Shown: piece after piece, positions 46,011 through 57,156 of the stretch
Layout of the letters: every line of letters starts with the position of its first letter
How positions within the stretch are numbered: the stretch's first letter is position 1
Origin: Eledone cirrhosa
Lineage: Eukaryota
Assembly (NCBI GenBank): GCA_964016885.1
Contig: OZ024743.1
Location: forward strand, 63,550,001-63,614,000
DNA length: 64,000 nucleotides
Reading direction: 5' to 3'
Translations under genes and position numbers: made by a program
The notes under the pieces: generated by a model
Told to the model about the DNA's origin: nothing
Seen by the model: only the letters and a program-made list of their open reading frames with translations
Database searches by the model: none

Positions 46011-46448
46011 ACGATTTTCATTTCAAAATCTAGAAACAAAAAAAGAAGAAATGACAAACACAAGAGAGTGAATGAAAGAACAAGACTGAGTGAATGAGTG
46101 AATGAGTGATGGTTTGTTAGTAGAGAGATTTAGTAGTAGCTGCTGTGTATTGTGTCTTGTTCAATGTCACAGTTGCGTGTGTGGAATAGATATTTACACT
46201 ATTTTAACACTAACCTGCTGTCAATCAGCTGCTCTACCTACATTTAAAATATCGATTAAAGACTGCCTGTCTGGCTGACTGTTGTCAGTTGAGATGAGTT
46301 GTAACAGCAATGATTTCTAAACCTGACCTAACTGTATACATATGTTATAATTATTATTTAACTATAAGCAGTGTTGGTTTGTTGTTAAAGCAGTCCTTCG
46401 ATGTAGTAGTGTTTAATGCATATCAGATATCATAGTTATAGTAATAAT

Positions 46449-46630
46449 TGTTTCTACTTTTGGCACAAGGCCAGCAATTATTCCAGTGTATTACTGGTAC
46501 TTTATTTTATCGACCCTGTAAGGATGAAAGGCAAAGTTAACCTCGGTGGGGATTCTTTCTAACATTGACACAACACCAGCAATTTAGAGGAAGGGGAAAG
46601 TCGATTATATTAACCTTAGTACTTGACTGG
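46449..46630 (-). mobile_element. SINE S1 fragments
   Basis: TGTTTCTACTTTTGGCACAAGG 3' end after AATAAT, plus a second partial 3' piece. Confidence 0.8.
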
Positions 46631-46651
46631 TATGTATGTATGTATGTATGT

Positions 46652-47119
46652 TTGTTCTTCATCCTCAGTGTATACTGATTAATGTTCAGAGCCATCCTCA
46701 GCATTCTCGTAAGGTACCCATCCACCATCTGAGTGAGTTTCTTGGTCAGTGTCCAAGTCTCAGACCCGTACAACAGCACAGACTCCACTGTAGCAACGAA
46801 GAACTCCACTGAAGAATTCAGAGCTGTACAGGAGCCTCCCAAAAGTCAGCTCGAAAGTAACACAGAGGAGACTGAGGTTAGCTGGACATCCTCACCAACA
46901 TCCAGAGTTGACACTGCACTCAGTGCTCCTGTGGGAGCTCCTGCACGGACACACTGGAAGAGGAAGACCAAGTTTGACAAGTTGATGCCCTAAGGACAGA
47001 CACTGGTCTCTTGGAGATGCAGGACATGGTAGCGATGATGAGGGATAGAGAACGCTGGAGAGAACTCGTCCATGGATCTCAGGAATTTTACCCGCCTTAG
47101 ATAGATGTATGTATGTATG
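46652..47119 (+). mobile_element. LINE 3' fragment (RTE-like) with inverted 5' segment
   Basis: 46652-46805 minus encodes ESVLLYGSETWTLT..RMLRMALNI; 46812-47075 plus continues NSELY..LPKVS..RRLRLAGH..GRGRP; (TATG)n on both flanks. Confidence 0.75.
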
Positions 47120-47274
47120 AGGCAGTTGTAGGGGTGCCATATTGAGGTACAGCATTTCTAGGGCATTTTATAAATCCTAGCGGAGCCCAACTCCTCTCCA
47201 GGTCTGAATATAGCAGATTTTTTTCCAGAGAAAGATAGAGAGTGAGAGAATGGAAATGAGAAAGAGATATAGAG

Positions 47275-47898
47275 GAAAAATCGACCCCAGTACTTGATTT
47301 GGTACTTTTTTATCGACCTCGAAAGGATTAAAGGCAAAGTTGACCTCAGCATGATTTGAACTCTCTGAGTTGAGAGCTGAAACAAATACCACAAAGCAGT
47401 CTACCTGACGTTCTAATCACTCTGCCAATTAGCTGCCTTACTTGTCTGGTACTTTATTTTATTAATCCCAATAGGATGAAAGGCAAATTTGACCTTGGTG
47501 GAGTTTGAACTCAAAAAGTAAAGGGCCATAACTGAATGCCATGAGTTATTTTGTCTGACACTAACAATTCTGCCAAACCACCACCACTATATAATGATTT
47601 CTATTTTAGGCATAAGGCCAGTAATTTGGGAAGAGGGTAGAAAGTTGATTAAATCAATTCCAGTATTTTATTTTATCAACCCCACAAGGCAAAGTTGATC
47701 TCAGGAATTTGAGCTCAACAATAATAATGGTTTGTGACTTAGGCACAATACCAGCAATTTTTTGGGGGGGGTGGAGAATTCGATTAAATCAACCCCAGTG
47801 TATAGCTGGTATTTTATTTTATCAACCCTGTAAGAATGAAAGGCAAAGCCAACCTCGGTGGGAAATGAACTCAGAACATAAATGGACGTAACTATGCC

Positions 47899-47940
<42 letters not shown>

Positions 47941-47953
47941 GGTGGTGGTGGTG

Positions 47954-48001
<48 letters not shown>

Positions 48002-48045
48002 CATAATTGTTTCTACTTTTGGCACAAGGCCAGCAATTACCCAGT
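47275..48045 (-). mobile_element. Cluster of 4-5 S1-type SINE copies with a (GTA/GTG)n tract
   Basis: Repeated AAGGATGAAAGGCAAAGTTGACCTC cores, all minus strand; microsatellite at 47898-48000. Confidence 0.75.
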
Positions 48046-48119
48046 AGTAGTACATAATGATATAACAACAACTAAACTACTATTGTTAGCAACAACAACA
48101 ACAATATGGCTATCAGATG

Positions 48120-48500
48120 TCCAGTAAGTAAAACCAGCATGTCCTAGAAAGTGTGCTTGATGACAGAGACAAACTGAAGCTACTCTGAGACTTCACTATC
48201 AAAATGGACTGCAGGGTTAAACACAACAGACCCGATATTGTAGTTATGCTGAGGAATAAGTATGAAGACAAAGTTATTGATGTTACCATTCCAGGAGACC
48301 ACAACATAGCTTTAGAAGAAATTGAAAAAAATAACAAAACGTGCTGACTTGAAGATTGAAATTGTCTGAATGTGGTCAATACCACCTAACAACATCAACA
48401 TAATTCAAATTGCCATTGAAGCTTTGGGTTCAATACTGTTAGAATTGAGAGAGTATCTTAAACAAATAGATATCAAATCATTAAGCGAACATTAAGAGAA
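48120..48500 (+). mobile_element. R4/Dong-like RLE fragment, degraded
   Basis: DFTIKMD..KHNRPDIVV..VIDVTIPGD..LKIEI..ALGS motifs. Confidence 0.7.
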
Positions 48501-48504
48501 CAAT

Positions 48505-48780
48505 ACAGTGTGGTTTTTTTTTGTGTAAAAAGAGTTTATAACAAAGACTAGAAAAATAAACATTTAAAATATCAAACATAACAAATTCCCCCAAAATGAG
48601 GAGACCTCCAAGGGTCACACATGTAGAAAGCCCACAAAAAAGTCATGGTAATCTTGATCGCTAGGGCACGTGCCCTCTTTCGGTTGTCCTCCCCCAATTT
48701 ACAGCTGCATACTCAGAACAAGCCTATTCACTTGGACCATGCTTGCCTCTCTCACCCACCTTTCCACAAACTTCTTGAAT
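48505..48780 (-). mobile_element. Old Tx1-family 3' stub
   Basis: Homologous to 6495-6760 and 12480-12670. Confidence 0.8.
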
Positions 48781-49333
48781 ATTAATAATGGATGATGATG
48801 ATAAGAATTCTATTATTGGCAAGAATCCAGACCAGACCAGTCCAGACTAAACCAGATTAGACCAGAAACTCCTGGATCATTCTTACTGATTTGATTGACA
48901 AAATTACCAAATGAAAATTCGAACAACTTTAGATTAAGCATGCTTAACAGCTAACAAACTAACTAACGAACTGCAGTATGTGCCAAAGCTGGACTGAGAT
49001 AACTTATAGGAAAGATATAAAAATAAAGAGAAATGGAATGGGGAATATCACACACACACACACGCATATATACATATATATATAGTGCGGCATAGGGAGA
49101 CTGTCTATCATAGTGATTGCATCGATCGACGGACCATTTCTGTATCAAATTTTTGTTTATATTTTGCTGTAATCCAGTAGTTGATTACTAAATCTTTTAT
49201 GTTAATTACACCAAATGTTTTGCTTCGTGAGCTGATGATGTAAGCCAGCCATAGAAATACGTATTGTTTATTTATGGAACATTAAAGAAATATATTGGAA
49301 TCTGGCCTTCGTTTTTCATTTAATTATATATAT

Positions 49334-51149
49334 CGGTGTACTTAGTGTCACGAATGATCAGAAAAAGGAGGTCTGGAAATGTCATTATGAGAGACTGATG
49401 AATGTGGAGAACGAATGGGAGAGAGAGAAATTACCCTTAGTAGATCCGACAGAGGGACCAGCTATTGAGATTGACGAATATAGGGTCCAAGAGGCGATTA
49501 GGGAAATGTAAAATGGTAAGGCTGCTGGACCATCGGGAATAGTTGCTGAGATGCTGAAGGCATCAGGGGACGTAGGCACTAAACTGGTTGCACGCATCAT
49601 CAATCAGGCTATATATGGTGGTGTCATGCCCAAAGACTGGTGCAGCAGTATTCTCATAAATTGCTACAAAGGTAAAGGGGATGCTCTGGAGAAGAGCAAT
49701 TATAGGGGTATAAAACTGATAGATCAGGTTATGAAAGTGGCAGAAAGGATATTAGCACAACTAATTAGAGAAAGGGTCAAACTAGATGAAATGCAGTTTG
49801 GTTTTGTGACTGGGAAGAGTACAACAGATGCCCTCTTCTTGGTGAGACAATTGCAAGAGAGGTTCTTAGAGAAAAATAAGCCACTATACTTAGCCTTTGT
49901 TGACCTAGAGAAGGCCTTTGATAGGGTACTCCCGATCTGTCATCTGGTGGTCCCTAAGGAAGCTAGGTGTTGAGGAATGGCTTGTGAGGACAGTGCAAAC
50001 TTTGTACAGAGGTACTCTCAGTAAAGTCAGGGTAGGAATGGAGTTTAGTGAAGAATTCCAGATACAAGTAGGAGTACATCAGGGTTCGGTCCTCAGCCCG
50101 CTCTTGTTCATTATAGTCCTCCAAGACTGGCTGTCCATGGGAACTTCTCTATGCTGATGATCTGGTTCTTATAGCAGAATCAGTAGAGGAGCTAGAGAAT
50201 AAATTCTGGCTATGGAAACAGCAGTTGGAAGCAAGAGGACTGAGAGTGAACCTAGCTAAGACAAAAGTGTTGATGAGTAGAAAAGAGGACAAAACCCTGA
50301 TTCCGTCAGGGAAATGGCCATGTTCGATATGCAGAAAAGGAACTGGCATAAATTCTATAAAATGCACACAATGCAGGTCCTGGGTACACAAGAGATGTAG
50401 CGGGATAGCAGGCAAACTAACAGGTAGGGAGAAATATGTATACAGTAGATGTACAGGGAAATTAGACAGTAGAAGTCGCATTGATAGACACATTTTTCAA
50501 ATGCAGGAGGGGGCTTTAGAAGTGGTGGATAGCTTCCGGTACCTAGGAGATCAGATTAGCATGGGAGGAGGGTGTTCCGAGGCCATAGTATCTAGAATAA
50601 GGACGGGTTGGAAGAAGTTTAGGGAGCTGCTTCCTCTGTTGATGAAGAAGGGTTTCTCCCTGCGTACGAAAGGCCGGTTGTATGATGCCTGTGTGAGGAG
50701 CGCGATGCTGCATGGTAGTGAGACATGGGCAGCAACTGCAGAGGATGTGCAACGGCTGGAGAGAAATGAGGCAAGCATGCTCCGTTGGATGTGCAGTGTA
50801 AATGTACGTGAACGACCCAGCATGAATGTGTTGACAGAGAAACTGTGTCTGAGAGGGATAGAATGTAGTGTGCGAGAGAGGAGACTGAGGTGGTATGGAC
50901 ATGTGATGCGCATGGAGGATGACCGATGGGTGAAGAAGTACCAGGAAATGCCAGTTGAAGGAAAACGTGGTAGAGGTAGGCCATGAAAAACATGGGCGGA
51001 GGTGGTGAGAACAGACCTTAGATCATTGAAGCTCACGGTGGAGATGACGAAGGACCGTGACGAGTGGAGAGATGCTGTGCTGAATAAGACCCGTCCCACC
51101 CTTGCAAGCAGGGAAAAGCGGACGTAAAATGATGATGATGATGATGATG
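49334..51149 (+). mobile_element. RTE-clade LINE family R2, 5'-truncated, (GAT)n tail
   Basis: RT motifs NYRGIKL, FVDLEKAFDRV, GVHQGSVLSP, YADD; Cys-rich insert; RRLRWYGHV, GRGRP. Confidence 0.92.
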
Positions 51150-51819
51150 TTCTATTTATAAAAAAAACACAAAAGAATCAATGCATTTTCAAACTAACAT
51201 ATGTTTCAGCCGACCTAAACTTCATCCGGGGTCATACAGTTAAAAAAGTCTCAAAAACTTTTAATTTTAGAATTTTATAAATATTTTTATTTACTAAAAA
51301 ATTTCTCCAAAATTTATATATGGTTTTATACTATGACCTTCAGGAATTGGTTTAATGTTGGATTCCTCAGAGTTTATTTTAGCGCATCGATATTTCACAT
51401 AGGTTTATAACTCATATATCAATCACAACAATGACAACAACAACAACAAGAATACCAAAGATAACAAGAACAACAGATAGCAAGAATACCAAAGAAATTA
51501 CAAGATTTAGAAAAATCTCCAACAACTATAGATTTTCTTTTTTAGAGAACAAAAGAGAGACATTAACTTCAATAATCAGTTTAATTATAATTAGATTGTG
51601 GTGTCTGCGCAGGTATGGTGTGTTTTGTGAGAGGTTTACAAACATACAATCATGATGAGATGGAGTTTCTCATTGATGAAAACTTTAAGAAAAGTTATAG
51701 ACATTATTAAAGAATTAGTTTAAGTGGTATCAAATGTTATTTGTAGTTAGAATCTATCCTGGTTTAGATTTGAATATTACAATTGTTTTGGAACAATATA
51801 TACATATACTATATCATAG

Positions 51820-52125
51820 TGAAGGCATATAATTTAGTAGTTAGAGCATTGGGCTTGCAATCATGAGGTTGTGAGTTTGATTCTCAGACAGGATGATGCA
51901 ATGTGTCCTTGAGCGACACACTTTATTTTCATGTTGACCTAGTTCACTCAGCTGTAGAAATGAGTTGTGATATCACTGGTGCCATTGCCTTTCCCAATAT
52001 TGGTGGTGTGGAGAGGAGGACTGGTATGCATAGGCCACAAACAACATTGCCTGGACTTGTACCTCGGAGGAGAACTTTTTAGGTGCAAATCCTATGGCTA
52101 TTCGTGATCAAAGAAGGTCTTTACC
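51820..52125 (+). mobile_element. tRNA-derived SINE family S3
   Basis: tRNA-like head, TGTGTCCTTGAGC, CACTCAGCTGTAGAAATG; related copies at 37507, 45400 and 56625. Confidence 0.68.
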
Positions 52126-52233
52126 CATTATATTGTATAAAATACATGGCCAACTGGTATATACCTTCCTAGGTACTCCGAGTTTCTCGAAGCAAGTTGA
52201 TCTTACTCCATTCATCAACTTTATTGGTTACAA

Positions 52234-53540
52234 CAGGGGTCGGCAACCTCCGGCCCTCGAGTGATTTTTGTCCGGCCCGCCATCTTACACTGGACACTAA
52301 TTATCTAATTAGTATCGACCTGATGCCCATCACAAATTGCTGCTCATACCGCATATATTTACAGATACCTTTGTAACCTTATTATATTTTCCATTTATTA
52401 TTATTTCTTCTTATCCATCTTTTTTGGGGCTTTCCGCCAACCATTATATCACCTGTATTGTTATTTCCTGTGATTTCATGTATGTGGTTTTGTTCCAGTC
52501 AACAAACACAAATGTTGGCTGGAAGTATGCATGTTCGTCAGCGACTGGAAGTTATACTACCTTACGGTTCGCATGACTCGCTTTTAAACCCATATTTCAT
52601 TCAAAAAAATCACTCGTGAATTATTGTCGTCTTCGTTTGCCTGACCTTACCTGTGCCCCCCGGCACAAGGTAAAGCTGTCCTTGGAAAAATTAGTTCGTT
52701 CCCTCCTCCCCAGAGTATTTTCATTTGAGAGAAAACTTCGACTGTGGGAATCATAACTTCAAAAAGGAAACTACTCTCATTTCCCAAGTCTCCAAAATCA
52801 CAAGAGAGATATAATACCAGACATCTTTGTGAACTCTATTAAGGATTTGAGAAGCAAGTTTTCCTCTCGTTTTGGTGACTTCCGGCAATATGGAACTCTA
52901 TTTAAGTTATTTGGTACTCCGTACGAAACAGATGTGGAGCAAGTGGCAGAAGAATATCAGTTGGAGTTAATTGACTTACAGTGCGACGAATCTTTGAAAT
53001 CAAAATTTCAGTTCGAATCCACTGCTGACTTCTACAAGAAATATATATTGCCAAGCGGAAAATATAAAAACATCTTGACTAATGCGAAACTGATATCAAT
53101 ATTTGGAAGTACATATGCTTGTGAACAACTTTTTTTCCAAAATGAAATATACTAAAAGTTATTTAAGAACAAGGTTGCGTGAAGACCACCTGGATGATGT
53201 TTTGCTCTTGTCATCGACAAATATTTCACCTGATGTGGAGAAGTTATCACACAATAAGCAGAAACAAGTGTCTCATTAAATCATTTACCATTTCTAACTG
53301 TATTTAGTTTGTAGCAAGGAATTTGATTTTTTTTTTGTTAAATGTGTTTGTAGTTTTTTTCTTTTTTATTTTGTTATTCCTCCAGTAAAATAAGGGTCCT
53401 TGTTAAAATAAAATTATATTAAATTCCTTGTTTTGCTTTAAACCTCCAGAAAATTTATTTACATATTTAATAACATGGTCCTCCTCCACGAGACTGCATA
53501 GCTGTTTGGCCCTCTCTCTCCAAAAGGTTGCTGACCCCTG
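52234..53540 (+). mobile_element. Non-autonomous hAT (Buster/Charlie-type) DNA transposon, 1307 bp
   Basis: TIRs CAGGGGTCGGCAACCT / AGGTTGCTGACCCCTG; perfect 8-bp TSD GGTTACAA (52226-52233, 53541-53548); transposase C-terminal remnant ELIDLQCD..FGSTYACEQLF at about 52715-53280. Confidence 0.95.
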
Positions 53541-53734
53541 GGTTACAACCACATATTCAACAAATATATATATAAATATATATTAGTGGAATTAGAGGAT
53601 CTACCGTGAGCTCAGCAGTTTCAGCTAGCTACCTTTTCTAGTCATCATCAGGCAAATCTTTCAAATTTAAGGGAAATGTGAGGAGGGTGTGGTCTTCCTG
53701 ATCCCAATACTCTAGACTATCAATACATATATAT

Positions 53735-56069
53735 CATCATCATCATCATCATCATCATCGTTTAATGTCCATGTTCCACGCTTGCATGGGTTTGGAGGGG
53801 AGTTTTCCCACTTGAGGCAAGAGTGGTTGTCTTGCTCGCATAGGACTGTCTGGCGGGTTTTCTACAGCTGGATGCCCTTCCTAACACCAACCACATTTAC
53901 AGTGTGGGGCTGGGAGGTTTTTACCGTGTTGCCTACACGGCCACATTTACAGCGTGGACTGTGTGTTTTTTGTCGTGACACCTACACGATCTCATTTGTT
54001 TCGGCCTGGATGTTGTGGCACCAACATAACTTTACATTGAAAGGGGCGGTGTAGATGGGGTGGGGGTGGTGGAACGGGGGTGTATTTTGTTAGAGATGCC
54101 TACTGACTGTAGTAGGTTTTACTTTGTATTTAGGTAATACGGGTCTTCTCTATTACTGAGTACCGCCAAAGGTCTCGGTCCAGTGACATTGTCTTGGAGA
54201 GGTGTAAGTGTGTGAGGTCGGAATTTATCAGCTCGTCCCAGGTTTTTCTGGGTCTGCCTACTCCGTGGCTACCGTCTATCTTTATTGCCCTGCACTTTGT
54301 TATACAGCTGTCGTCTTTCATGCGCATCACGTGACCATACCAACGTAGCCTTCTCTCGAGTAAACAACATCTGATCCCTCTTATTTCTAATTTTTTCCTT
54401 AGTTCGTTTATGCTTTGCCGTTCACGTATATTACTATTACACATCCAGCGGAGCATGCAAGCTTCATTCCTCTCTGGTCTGCGTATATCCTCTGCACACA
54501 ATGCCCAGGTCCCACTGCCATGCAACATTGCTGTTCGTATGCAGGCATCATACAACCTGCCTTTCATTTTTAGGGAGAACCCTTTAGCGGCTAATAGTGG
54601 TATAAGCTCTCTGAACTTTTTCCATCCAGTTCTGACTCTAGCTACTGTACTTTCAGAGCACCCGCCCCCACTGCTGATTTTGTCACCCAGGTAACGGAAG
54701 CTGTCCACTATTTCTATAGAACCCTCTGCGCAATTGAAAGAGCTAGTATTTTGTGGGCACTTGCTGCTACTTATTGCACCAGAGCACCGGCCACATGTAA
54801 AATCTGTGTTCTTAGTTAGCTTACCTGTGATCCCACTACATCTTTTAATGCACCCATACTTTGCATTTGGGACATAAAATGGAGTTTCTACCTACGCCTT
54901 TCCTACACACTGAGCATGGCTATTTCCCGGAAGGGACCGGTGCCTTATTTTCTTTCCTACAAACTAGAACTTTAGTCTTAGCCAGGTTAATTTTAAGGCC
55001 TTTTGATTCTAGGCCGTGCTTCCATGTTTGGAATTTCTTCTCTAGCTCGGCCATTGATTCAGCTATGAGCGTTAGATCATCTGCGTATAGGAGTTCCCAT
55101 GGGCAGCCGGTCTTGAACTCCACTGTTATAGCCTGGAGGGCAATAATAAATAGTAAGGGGCTAAGAACAGAGCCCTGATGAACACCAACTTTTACACTAA
55201 ACTCTTCACTATATTCGTTGTTAATTCTAACCTTGCTGACTGTTTCTTTATACATGGCTTGTATAGCTCTCACAAGCCATTCGTCAACACCTAGTTTTCT
55301 AAGAGCCCACCAGTTAATGGAATGGGGGACTCTGTCGAAGGTTTTCTCCAAGTCGACAAAAGCTAAGTATAGGGGTTTACTTTTAGCTAGGTACTTCTCC
55401 TGTAGTTGTCGTACAATGAAAAGAGCGTCTGTGGTACTTTTGCCTGACACAAACCCGAACTGCATTTCATCTAGATCAATTCTCTCTCTGATTAGTTGCG
55501 CTATTACTTTTTCCGTGACCTTCATGACCTGGTCGATTAATTTAATGTCTCTATAGTTATTCCTATCTAGGGCGTCTCCTTTACCCTTGTAACAGTTAAT
55601 GATGATGCTGCTACGCCAGTCCTTCGGAACAACCCCATTCTGTATGACTTGGTTTACTCTCCGGGTGACCATGGTATGTCCCACCGTTCCAGAGGCTTTC
55701 AGCATCTCAGCAACTATTTCCGAAGGCCCAGCCGCCTTACCCGTCTTCATATCTTTGATTGCCTTACTTATTATACTACCTTCGACTAACACTGCTGGTC
55801 CCTCTAATGGGTCGATGTGGGGGAGACTGTCTTTCTCCCATTTATTTTCCTCATTTAGTAGCCTTTCGTAGTGACACTTCCAAGCTACTTTCTTATCAGC
55901 GTCAGTGATGGCAAGTACGCCATCATCGTTAAGTACACACTTCTCCCCGACAATATCACGGTTTTCCTTGACACAATCCTGAACACCTCACGTTTTTGGT
56001 CCTCGCGTTGTAGAATGTGCTTGAACTTTCTTTCCTCTGCTTCCCTTCTTGCGAAGTACACTTGTCTCC
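53735..56069 (-). mobile_element. RTE-clade LINE family R1, 5'-truncated, degraded
   Basis: ORFs 54920-55792 (RT, YADD) and 54130-54708; (CAT)n at the left end. Confidence 0.93.
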
Positions 56070-56075
56070 TATATG

Positions 56076-56305
56076 ATTATAAATATAAGCTATCGCTGTA
56101 TTTTGACTAAAGAAATTAAAGAAATTATTTAGCCTGATAGTGGGGTTAAGAACCCTCAGAGAAATGGAAAAAGATGAGTATTGACGTACATGGGAGTCAA
56201 ACCCACATCTTTGGTTATCCAAAGAGGGTTCTTAACCCCACTATCAGGCTAAATAATTTCTTTAATTTCTTTAGTCAAAATACGGCGATAGCTTATATTT
56301 ATAAT
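56076..56305. repeat. 82-bp inverted repeat with 66-bp spacer (fold-back/MITE-like)
   Basis: 56076-56157 is the reverse complement of 56224-56305 with one visible mismatch. Confidence 0.93.
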
Positions 56306-56624
56306 TTCAAACTCACTCGCTGTTTCGAAAATATTCTTACATATATATATAAATATATATGTATTATATATGTATATATATATGTGTGTGTGTCTATGTC
56401 CTGTAACATAGCATTTCAACAATTAGAGATCAATAAAAAATGTAACAGACAGACTAAAAAAAAAGATAATAAATATTTTGGTTGTCAACATGGTCCTCTA
56501 AATTCCTTCAAGGTGGTCTCCCATCATAGCTGCTGTCTAATGACTGAAATTAGTAAAAGAATAAAAGAAGGTTCCGGTTCTATGAAACAAAACCACCCAT
56601 TTTAAAGGGTACTTATTTAGATTA

Positions 56625-57135
56625 ATGTGTGGCCTAGTGATTAGAGATTTCAGTTCCTGCTTGCAGGGTTGTGAGGTTGTTCCTGAATGAGCTGACCTTG
56701 AGCAAAATTCAATCCAGCTGTTAAAAGTGAGTCATCCCTGCAACAGATTGGCATCACATCCAAGGAGAAGGTGGAATCATTTGCGTAAAATGATACTGAT
56801 GCAAAGCTGTATCAATTTTTTCCTTTCCTTTTGACAACATTGGTGGTGTAGAGAGATGAGACTTGTATGTATGGGGGACTGCTGGTGCTATACAAAACAC
56901 CTTGCTTGGGCTTGTGCCTTGGAGAGGAATTTCCAGATACAAATTTATGGTCAGTAACTACCAAAGGGAGCCTATTATTATTAGCCTTTTATGTTCTGAG
57001 TTCAAATCCCACCGAGCTTAGCTTTGCCTTTCATTCTTATGGGGTCGATAAAATAAAGCACCAGTGAGTACTGGTCGATTTAATTGACTTTCCCTTCCCC
57101 TTCAAATTGCTGGCCTTGTGTGTAAATCAAAAACC
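56625..57135 (+). mobile_element. SINE S3 (about 56625-56970) followed by 5'-truncated SINE S1 (about 56985-57135)
   Basis: S3 body similarity; S1 B box and core following ATTATTATT. Confidence 0.7.
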
Positions 57136-57156
57136 CTTATCATTATATCATTATAT

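Noticed and set aside
52829-53155. Host GTF2IRD2/ZBED-like gene
   Set aside because: Lies between TIRs and TSD, has stops and frameshifts; transposase remnant.
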